Assembly: GCA_963787835.1 (NCBI GenBank)
Contig: CAWBEI010000002.1
Span: forward strand, 1,632,001-1,696,000
DNA: 64,000 nt
DNA from: Ignavibacteriota bacterium
Lineage (GTDB): Bacteria > Bacteroidota > Ignavibacteria > Palsa-1295
Direction of reading: 5' to 3'
Shown: piece by piece, positions 10,201 to 18,132 of the stretch
How the letters are laid out: the number at the start of each line of letters is the position of its first letter
Numbering within the stretch: the stretch's first letter is position 1
Translations under genes and position numbers: made by a program
The notes under the pieces: model-generated
What the model was told of the DNA's origin: nothing
Seen by the model: the letters and a program-made list of their open reading frames with translations, nothing else
The model's database searches: none

Positions 10201-11207
10201 TCTCCGAAATAGATTCCGGGGCCGCATCGCTGGCATTTAATCTCCCCATTACCGACCGCACAAAGTCCGCGAGCGGGAAGTTAGTTGCTAACGACGTTTG
10301 GGGGCATCAGTCAAGCGATCCCAGCACACAGGCGCAGCATACCGATACGGTCGGCATCGATGTCTATCGCCAGGATATGGCCATGATCGCCAGCGGGATC
10401 GTCAAGACCACCTCCAGCGTGACGTTTAACGTTCCCGTCTATCTCGATTCCACGGACGCGTTCCCGCTCAGCCAAAAGAATATCACGCAGTTCCAATTCA
10501 GCTTCCACATTACTTCATCGTCGGCGATGAATGGAAGCAATTTCCTCAAGTTTGTGGGCACGGCCAATGCACCGGCCATGCCCGCCGGATGGACCATCAC
10601 CCCGGCCCCGGGAACGGCTCCCGGCGCCGGACCTGATTACACCATTACCGGAACGAGCGCTGCGCCGCTCGGGAACCTCGACGCCCATGACACCATGCTC
10701 TATCTCGTCTTCTCCGGAAGCGAAACGCCCGATGTCGAGGAGGCGCAGATCGTCGTCGATCAGGATGCCTGTGGCGATGAACTCTCCTACAATGCCGGTA
10801 CACCAACCACCCTCGCAACGCCGAACTACAGCGTAACCCTCCCCGCGCCTGCCGGGCTGCTCACCGGCGGTACCATCCTCTTCATGGATTCCTGTGCTAC
10901 CATCGTCGGAAATAACCCGCACCCGACCATCCTGTCGCTCGCACCCGCCATTCCCAATCCGTTCTCCGGTTCTACCGTCGTGCAGTACACGGTTCCAAAC
11001 CAACTGCCCGCATCGCCGACGATGCTTGTACGACTGGAACTCTATAACGCGTTGGGACAAAAGATCAAGACCCTCGCCAACGAAACCGATAACCAGGGCA
11101 CCTATCAGGTTGTCATGGATGGCAGCACCCTCCAGGCTGGTACCTACTTCCTCCGGCTGCAAGCTGATGGCCAGGTTTGTTCACAAACCCTTATTCTCAA
11201 GCATTGA
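7295..11207 (+). pseudogene. Large Cys-rich T9SS cargo protein (~1303 aa) with cohesin-like domain, split by an apparent +1 frameshift near 7803 (ORFs 7295..7840 and 7947..11207)
   Basis: The first ORF has the signal peptide and the second has the CTD 'PNPFSGST...LYNALGQ...GTYFLRL'. The second frame is open from 7800. Removing one A at 7803/7804 gives a continuous 'QYMIDVCLTENVNTSNDNAP'. May be a sequencing error. Confidence 0.75.
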
Positions 11208-11291
11208 GTACCGAGTAATGAGGTGTTAGAGCCGCACCGCATCATGGGTGATGCGTGCATCGCCGAAAGCATCCGCATCGCTGCTCGGTAC

Positions 11292-13082
11292 TCACCTTCG
11301 TTTTCCCGCAATGATAACGCCCGTCTCTTGTTTCAAGGATTGAGCGGGACTTTGGGAAGTAATTTGTACCAGTACACTATAAAGACCTGGCGGAAGGATT
11401 TGCCCATTATCTCGCTTCCCATCGAACGTCAGTGCAGATGCTCCAAGAACCGGAGTAGCATTCGCCAACGTGCGAACTATTCGTCCGTGTGCATCATAGA
11501 TACGCACTTGCATGGTCCATGAGGCGCTGGTACCCGTTTGTACGGTGAGAGTGCTGACGTCCTCGAAGCCATCGCCATCTGGCGAGAATGGATTCGGAGA
11601 AAAGCTTGCGTTGAAAACGGTTCCAATTGACGGTGTCACGATGGTGTCAGAGGTATTGACGGAGTTTTTAGCAAGGGGTGTTGCGCTATCGAGCGAGGCT
11701 TGCCAATTCTGAGGATCGTTGCTTTCCCCGCGGGGATCTTTGCGTTCTAAAGAAATTCCAACGAAGCTCTTTTTTAATAGGCTCTGCTGCCAGGTTTTAT
11801 AATAGTGCACTGAGTCGATCGAGGATGAATCGCGATTGTGCAAAACAACAAAGCACGAATCATTACCCAGATCGAGCGAGGAAGTTCCAAGTTGCGTGAT
11901 GCCGGTTCGGCCAGTAAGTGCAGGATAGGTTGTGTAAATGGAGTCATTAGCAGTAACAATACCGAACGAATCCGGGGCGATCATGAGTAATGGAACAGTA
12001 TGCGAATATTCACCGGGTTTTGATTCGCCCGTGATGAGCCGAGTAGAATCCAGTGAGATCCATTTGTCAGAAAGATTATAGACTTCAAACCATTCACAAC
12101 TACTCACTAACGGATCGAACATGATCTCGTTGATGACAACGCTATCCATTGGGATAGGCACCATGACGGTGCTTCGTAATGTATCATTTGCAGGATTCAC
12201 ATCTAAAGAATCCTGAATGTAAAGCGTGACCGGGAATAAGCCATAAAAATTATCAGGGAGCGGGATAGATACAACCAGCGAATGATTGCTCGGTAGATCG
12301 ATCGTCAGCTCTTGAAGCATTGGTGCAAATGTGCCAATTTGCATGATCAGCGAAGTATGCGTAACCGTATCCAGCCCCACATTTGCAATGGTAACTGAAA
12401 GAGAAGTATTCGAGGTGAAGGCACTCGTGAGCGCCAGATCGTAAGCTCGTTTCCGTACGGAATTTGGGCGTAGGATGGTCGAGCCGCTCGGATCTTTGCA
12501 CGCACTCCAGTTCGTTGAATCATATCCAAGGACGTAGGGATCTATTCGCTCGATGGAAATGCCATCCGATTTGATCCATTTCCCACTATACCATGCGCTG
12601 TCAATAAGATTTCCAAGAGGATCATGCAGCGAGATCGTGGAGCCGGTATTGTTCAGGTCCGGTAGGCTGAGGCGGATAATTCGCTCGATGTCCACATCAC
12701 GGATGGCAGCAAGTTCGGTATCATTACTCGAAAGGACGACTAGCGAATCGGGAGGGATGGTGGTATTCGTGTTGGGTACCATAACGGGGGTGTGACCCTT
12801 AACGGTGAGTACCCATCCGGCAATATTAATGGTGTCGGGGGTAGTATTCAGCAGCTCGATCCACTCCGGTTCTGGGCTTACCGGCGCGAACATGATCTCA
12901 TTAATGACGACACTCGAAACCGCTCCAAGGCTCTTCGTTTGTGCAGAAGCTATTTCCGGTATAAGGAATACAATGATAAGGATGAAAGCGAATTTTGGAG
13001 TCATGATGTAAGGGACTTTAAGACCGTCTGGTGGTCTTGAGAAGATTATTTCTCTACAAAGTTCGTGATTATTTTTCGCCAA
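11292..13082 (-). CDS. Lamin-tail-domain protein (two LTDs) with FlgD-Ig / gliding-motility-type C-terminal domain
   Basis: Two 'VVINEIMF.P....EW.E' and 'GISLER.DP...NW' units. C-terminal 'FSPNPFSPDGDG...IYDAHG...DGKRDNGQILPPGLY'. The true start is probably the later Met (MTPKFAF). Confidence 0.85.
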   Translation of the reverse strand: MAKNNHELCREIIFSRPPDGLKVPYIMTPKFAFILIIVFLIPEIASAQTKSLGAVSSVVINEIMFAPVSPEPEWIELLNTTPDTINIAGWVLTVKGHTPVMVPNTNTTIPPDSLVVLSSNDTELAAIRDVDIERIIRLSLPDLNNTGSTISLHDPLGNLIDSAWYSGKWIKSDGISIERIDPYVLGYDSTNWSACKDPSGSTILRPNSVRKRAYDLALTSAFTSNTSLSVTIANVGLDTVTHTSLIMQIGTFAPMLQELTIDLPSNHSLVVSIPLPDNFYGLFPVTLYIQDSLDVNPANDTLRSTVMVPIPMDSVVINEIMFDPLVSSCEWFEVYNLSDKWISLDSTRLITGESKPGEYSHTVPLLMIAPDSFGIVTANDSIYTTYPALTGRTGITQLGTSSLDLGNDSCFVVLHNRDSSSIDSVHYYKTWQQSLLKKSFVGISLERKDPRGESNDPQNWQASLDSATPLAKNSVNTSDTIVTPSIGTVFNASFSPNPFSPDGDGFEDVSTLTVQTGTSASWTMQVRIYDAHGRIVRTLANATPVLGASALTFDGKRDNGQILPPGLYSVLVQITSQSPAQSLKQETGVIIAGKRR

Positions 13083-13240
13083 ACGGTGAAAAAGCCGATT
13101 TTAAAGTCTTTCGACAACGCCGCATCATGGGTGAGGCGCGCATGGTCCGCATCATGGTTGATGCTGCATCGCCCACGATGCTCACGATGCACAACGAGCC
13201 GGTAGGAACGGAGGCTGTTGCGGCGTGTTAAGAGCATACA

Positions 13241-14701
13241 ATGCCAGAAATAGAACTTGAAATAGCGCCACCTTCATCGCCCACAGCATCGTCGGCGATG
13301 CGGATGAAAGCCCGGTTACATCAGCCAAAGCAAGCATCGCCCACGATGCGCGTATCTATTGTGACGTTGGGATGCGAGAAGAACACGGTGGATTCGGAGG
13401 TGATCGGCGGGATGCTCTCGCGTCGGAATATAGCGCTCGCCAGTTCGCCAGAGGAGGCGGATACGGTAATCATCAATACGTGCGGGTTTATCGATCACGC
13501 AAAAAAGGAATCGATCTCTACGATCTTGGAGGCGATCGAACTGAAGAAACAAGGCGTGATCGGTACGCTGTATGTAGCGGGCTGTCTTTCGGAACGTTAC
13601 CGCTCGGAACTTCAAGCGGAGATGCCCGAGGTCGATCGTTTTTTCGGTACGCAGGATTTTGAAGAAATCTTGCATGAAGTCATTCCGGAAAGCATCGCCG
13701 AGGATGCTGGATCTTTCGATTTAAAGTATCATTTGCTTGATGAGCGATTAGTATCGGACCATAGACATTTTGCTTATTTAAAAATATCCGAAGGGTGCGA
13801 CCATCCGTGCTCGTTCTGCGCGATCCCGATCATGCGTGGGGGACATCGTTCCCGTGCGATAGATGAGCTGGAGTTCGAAACGATGATGCTTGGCAGTAAT
13901 GGCGCGAAGGAGATCGTGCTGATCGCGCAGGACTCGACGAATTACGGACTTGACTTGTACGGTGAGCGATCCATAGCGAAATTAGTTACACGTTTGGCGC
14001 GCATTCCGAGCATCGCATGGATCCGTTTGATGTATGCATATCCAGCTCAGTTCCCGTTCGATCTGCTGGATGTGATGGGCAATGAGGAGAAAGTGGTGCC
14101 GTATCTGGACATTCCGGTGCAGCATGCCTCGACGGCGGTGCTGAAATCGATGCGGCGTGGCATCACGCGCCGCGCAACGGAGGAACTAATTGCCACTATT
14201 CGAGAGCGGGTTCCAGGCATTGCGCTACGGACGACGCTTATCACCGGCTACCCCGCGGAAGGCGATCGGGAATTTGAGGAACTCGAAGAATTTGTCGAGC
14301 AGATGCAGTTTGACCGGCTCGGTGTTTTTACGTACAGTCAGGAGGATGGGACGACGGCGCACCCGCTCGGCGATCCCATTCCACAGGCTGAAAAGTTTGC
14401 CCGCCAAGCCAGACTATATGATATCCAGGCGGAAGTTTCGCGTTCGAAGAATCTCGCAAAAATTGGATCGGTCGAGAAGGTGCTGATCGAACGCATGGAA
14501 GTTGAAGACGGCAGAGAGTATTACTACGGCCGCACATCATCGCACGCGCCGGAAGTGGATGGGGAAATCCGTGTAACAGTTCCGGATACAATGGGCGATA
14601 GCACGAATACCCTGCTTGGCAGTTTTGTTCACGCGCGCATTATGGGCATCGGTGAAGAAGATGGATCCAGCGATTTCGAGCTTCAAGCGGAATTAGTTTG
14701 A
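13241..14701 (+). CDS. rimO: Ribosomal protein S12 methylthiotransferase RimO
   Basis: 'TLGCEKNTVDSE', 'INTCGFI', 'AGCLSERY', radical-SAM 'EGCDHPCSFCAIP', and TRAM-region 'APEVDG'. Confidence 0.95.
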   Translation: MPEIELEIAPPSSPTASSAMRMKARLHQPKQASPTMRVSIVTLGCEKNTVDSEVIGGMLSRRNIALASSPEEADTVIINTCGFIDHAKKESISTILEAIELKKQGVIGTLYVAGCLSERYRSELQAEMPEVDRFFGTQDFEEILHEVIPESIAEDAGSFDLKYHLLDERLVSDHRHFAYLKISEGCDHPCSFCAIPIMRGGHRSRAIDELEFETMMLGSNGAKEIVLIAQDSTNYGLDLYGERSIAKLVTRLARIPSIAWIRLMYAYPAQFPFDLLDVMGNEEKVVPYLDIPVQHASTAVLKSMRRGITRRATEELIATIRERVPGIALRTTLITGYPAEGDREFEELEEFVEQMQFDRLGVFTYSQEDGTTAHPLGDPIPQAEKFARQARLYDIQAEVSRSKNLAKIGSVEKVLIERMEVEDGREYYYGRTSSHAPEVDGEIRVTVPDTMGDSTNTLLGSFVHARIMGIGEEDGSSDFELQAELV

Positions 14702-14704
14702 CCG

Positions 14705-16240
14705 ATGATGAAAGGCCTTTTTTGCTTTTCGCTCTGCAGTCTTGCATTCATCCTCTGTGATGGGAGTACGTTTGTGAAGGCCCAGCGCAGGATGCCTTCA
14801 GAAGCACGCAGGCATGAGATCGAGGCGAAAGGTCCACGCGCGATGTTTGATCTGGTCGCATTTAAAGGTTCCAACTCCGATAGCACCCGAATGGATCTTT
14901 ATGTCGCACTTCCATATTCGTCCCTTGATTTTTCCTATGCCATCGATAAATATGTTGCCGATTACGCGGTTGGTGTTGTTGTAATCAACAAAGAACGAGA
15001 GCTTCTCAACCGATACGAACCCTATAATGTGCTTGAAACGACGACCGATCATCAAGCCCGTCTTCAGCGTGGCAGGGGACAAGCGGATGCCGAACAGATC
15101 TCATTCATGATGAGTCCTGGTGAGGACTATGAGTTGCGCCTTAGCGTCCGCGATCTCACCTCGCGGCGTGAGTTCGACACCATCGTTCTGTTCCATGTTA
15201 AGAATTTTTCTGGCGCCGCGCCCGGAATGAGCGATCTCCTGCTTTACCGAGAGAGAAGAGGGATGCGTATCGTTCCGTCTATTGGGCCGGATGTTTCGAG
15301 CATCATTGAGGATGCGGGCGAAGCACACATCGCCGACGATGCCCGCATCGCCGACGATGCTAATGCTGGTCTATTCGCTGAGCTATACAATCTTCCCGCT
15401 GATTCCACACTCGGGATAGTTACAGAAATCATTCAAAATAGATCCGAGGAGAACCCCGGTCAGCCAATAGTAGCAAGTCATACCACCTCCATTCTTCGAA
15501 CCTCACATTCTGGCGGTTCCGGATTTACAGCATCGCCCACGATGCTTGCTCCGGCTTCAGTCTCCGAGACTCCATTATTTGTCCCTCTTGAATTTAGTGA
15601 GTTGTGGATGGGCCGTTATACTATCCACACATTCATTCTTCCTTCCGTGAAAGATACAAATTTGACTGATCCATCCTCGTTGCAAAAAGAGGCGCTGACG
15701 TATGCCACACGCAGCATCCGTGTTCGCATCGCAAGAGGAATTCCATTCGCGGAGGCTGATCTCGATCAAGCGATCGATCAATTACATATCATAGCAAGCG
15801 GTGCTGAATGGGACTCACTCTCGAATGCGAAGACTACCAAGGACAAGCGGCAAGCGATCATGGAATTCTGGAATCGCAAAACTTCTGAAGCCGATCGCGT
15901 GTCGATCTTACATTCCACCAATAATCAAGGCCCCTCAAACCGTCCGATGGACGTCTTCTATGCAAGAGTGGATTATGCAAATACACATTTTGGGAATGAA
16001 CATACGTTATCATCGAGATCACAACAGGGATGGAAAACCGACCGTGGTCGCGTCTATATTGCTCTGGGCCCACCAGACTTTATCGATAGCCATCCCGATG
16101 AGACACTACAAAAGCCGTATGAAATATGGCAGTACTCTTCGCTCAATGTTCGATATACGTTTGTCGACGAATATATGCTCGGCGAGTACTACCTGAGGGG
16201 TGCTGCTCCTCCGCAAGGTACATTCATTTGGGACAAATAA
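14705..16240 (+). CDS. GWxTD domain-containing protein
   Basis: 'RVDYANTHF...GWKTDRGRVYIALGPPD...YEIWQY'. N-terminal signal peptide. Confidence 0.88.
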   Translation: MMKGLFCFSLCSLAFILCDGSTFVKAQRRMPSEARRHEIEAKGPRAMFDLVAFKGSNSDSTRMDLYVALPYSSLDFSYAIDKYVADYAVGVVVINKERELLNRYEPYNVLETTTDHQARLQRGRGQADAEQISFMMSPGEDYELRLSVRDLTSRREFDTIVLFHVKNFSGAAPGMSDLLLYRERRGMRIVPSIGPDVSSIIEDAGEAHIADDARIADDANAGLFAELYNLPADSTLGIVTEIIQNRSEENPGQPIVASHTTSILRTSHSGGSGFTASPTMLAPASVSETPLFVPLEFSELWMGRYTIHTFILPSVKDTNLTDPSSLQKEALTYATRSIRVRIARGIPFAEADLDQAIDQLHIIASGAEWDSLSNAKTTKDKRQAIMEFWNRKTSEADRVSILHSTNNQGPSNRPMDVFYARVDYANTHFGNEHTLSSRSQQGWKTDRGRVYIALGPPDFIDSHPDETLQKPYEIWQYSSLNVRYTFVDEYMLGEYYLRGAAPPQGTFIWDK

Positions 16241-16245
16241 ATAGT

Positions 16246-17409
16246 ATGCGTGGAAAAATATTAGTTGCAGCACTTCCTATTCCAGGAATATGGAATGCAA
16301 CGGACGCCGCTTCTCAACTTGCTCGGATGATCCGAACGGAGGATCGGTCGCTGACAAGTTCTGATATTATTCAGCTTCCGGTCGTCGATGGAGGGTCGGG
16401 AACGATAGACTTTCTCGTTTCTCATACGCTTGGATCGTTCCTGGAAGTCGAGGCCTGTGGTGCTTTAGGGGTAGATCTGGTTGTGCCGATCGGATTTGCA
16501 GGGGAAGATGGAAAACTTGCTGTGATCGAAATATCGCGAGTATCCGGCGTTTCTCATCTTGGGGATTCCGGTACCACTGCCGGAATTGGCGAGCTGATTC
16601 AGGATGCGTTGGATGAAGGCGCGTTTTCTGTCATTCTTGGCCATGAAGAACCAATTGCATGCGATGCCGGGCTTGGGGCTGCTGCTGCCCTCGGTGTTCG
16701 TTTCTTCGATGATGCCGGTCGTGAGATCAATTTCGCGCGTCCCGGAACGAATGTTTCTACAATAGATCTCATTTCTAATATAGCGAAGGTAGATGCATCC
16801 GCCAGAAGCTTTTCGCTGCTGAGTTCGAGGATCTTTATTGCTCGCGCCTCGAATGTTGAACCATCGGGCGCTACGCTCGAAGATAAAGATCATCTGCACG
16901 CAGCGCTTGAAAAACTTGCGGACATCATTCATCGTGACATCGGGATTCGTCCTTCCACTACACGATTGAGCCCCAGCGCGGTGGAATTTGGACTTGTGGC
17001 ATTTCTTGGGGCCGAAGTTCGCGAGGGAGCATCACTGATTTTCGAAGCATCGAACATTGCAGAGAGTCTATTGCGCGGCGAGTTCTCGGAATTGATCGTT
17101 TTGATGCCATCCCTTGCCGCGATGGAGAGCCTTTCCATTGCCCCAATGCTCGCGCTGGCACGCGAAAAAGTGAAGCACCGCGCTATTCTTGTGAATGGTG
17201 GAAATGCGATCTCCTCAGAGGTTCCCGAACCGGTATTCTTTCTTCAGGATGTTACGTTGTTCCAGCCACCGGCCCATGAAACATCGGGTCTTGAAGCGAA
17301 ACGAAGGGATAGTACTATGCGTCTCGAAAAGATCATTCCATCCGTGTTGGAAGGGCTCCGGAAAAAGGCTACGTCGAAATCAACAGTGCCCAAAGGAAGC
17401 CGTGTATAA
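16246..17409 (+). CDS. Glycerate kinase (GarK/GlxK) family protein, divergent
   Basis: 'PVVDGGSGT', 'AVIEISRVSG', 'TTAGIGELIQDAL', 'DAGLGAAAALGVRF'. ATG 16246 follows the upstream stop. Confidence 0.75.
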   Translation: MRGKILVAALPIPGIWNATDAASQLARMIRTEDRSLTSSDIIQLPVVDGGSGTIDFLVSHTLGSFLEVEACGALGVDLVVPIGFAGEDGKLAVIEISRVSGVSHLGDSGTTAGIGELIQDALDEGAFSVILGHEEPIACDAGLGAAAALGVRFFDDAGREINFARPGTNVSTIDLISNIAKVDASARSFSLLSSRIFIARASNVEPSGATLEDKDHLHAALEKLADIIHRDIGIRPSTTRLSPSAVEFGLVAFLGAEVREGASLIFEASNIAESLLRGEFSELIVLMPSLAAMESLSIAPMLALAREKVKHRAILVNGGNAISSEVPEPVFFLQDVTLFQPPAHETSGLEAKRRDSTMRLEKIIPSVLEGLRKKATSKSTVPKGSRV

Positions 17410-18094
17410 GGCAATTCTGCTTTTCGTTGTGTTTGCCGTAGTGCCGAGCGGCGTTATCACGGCACAAACTTTTAGAGGTGACGCTTCAAATTTAGCTCTT
17501 GCAGATCGTGAAGCGCGCAACACCATTCCGTTGCCTTTCTCACTGTTAGTTCCCAAAGGCATTCGTCTGGGGTATGATATGAGAGCTTATATTGCAAGTC
17601 CGGAATTTGGAGTCTTCGATTCCATCGCATCCTCGGAAGAGACCTTTGACGAGATCTATTTCGAGGCGCTTGCTATGGCGCATGGGGATCTGCCGGATGC
17701 CTTGCTTGCAGCTTCCTTCGGCTCGTTCGAGCATCAGTTCATTCCGTTGACATTATTTGGAGCGGAGATCGATCTGCCGCTCACCAATGAGGATGTTGCC
17801 CGCTTCCGGCTACGAGTTTCGCATCTTCCAGGGCACCTCTATCGCATTCCGGAAGGGGATAAAGACAAGATCCAGCATTTCTACGCAAGCGCCTGGCTGA
17901 AGTCCATCTTTGGCATGGACTGGCTGGTACACCTTGCCGGTGAAGCCGTCGAAGAAGGAGAAACTTTATTTGTGATCGGCGATTCGCGAGACCCGCGTGA
18001 CGTTCATGCTAATGCCGATGGCGTCCGGTTCGAATTGCAAGCCGAACGACATCACGATGCACTTCCTTCCAAAAGCCTTACGCCGAATCCTTGA
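17402..18094 (+). CDS. Secreted hypothetical protein
   Basis: GTG 17402 overlaps the upstream stop and gives a signal peptide 'MYKAILLFVVFAVV'. Contains 'DKIQHFYASA'. Confidence 0.65.
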   Translation: MYKAILLFVVFAVVPSGVITAQTFRGDASNLALADREARNTIPLPFSLLVPKGIRLGYDMRAYIASPEFGVFDSIASSEETFDEIYFEALAMAHGDLPDALLAASFGSFEHQFIPLTLFGAEIDLPLTNEDVARFRLRVSHLPGHLYRIPEGDKDKIQHFYASAWLKSIFGMDWLVHLAGEAVEEGETLFVIGDSRDPRDVHANADGVRFELQAERHHDALPSKSLTPNP

Positions 18095-18098
18095 TCTG

Positions 18099-18128
18099 AG
18101 CAGGAAGGCTAAGGGAATCCTTCCTGCG
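18099..18128. terminator. Hairpin between convergent genes
   Basis: GCAGGAAGG / CCTTCCTGC inverted repeat. Confidence 0.55.
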
Positions 18129-18132
18129 CTCG

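Larger units (their letters stand above)
3130..15545. repeat. Dispersed 16-bp palindrome family GCATCG-N4-CGATGC (about 18 copies)
   Basis: Exact or near-exact copies start at 3130, 4300, 4315, 4454, 4529, 10515, 11010, 11239, 13122, 13149, 13166, 13286, 13334, 13692, 15300, 15327, 15345 and 15530. Confidence 0.9.
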
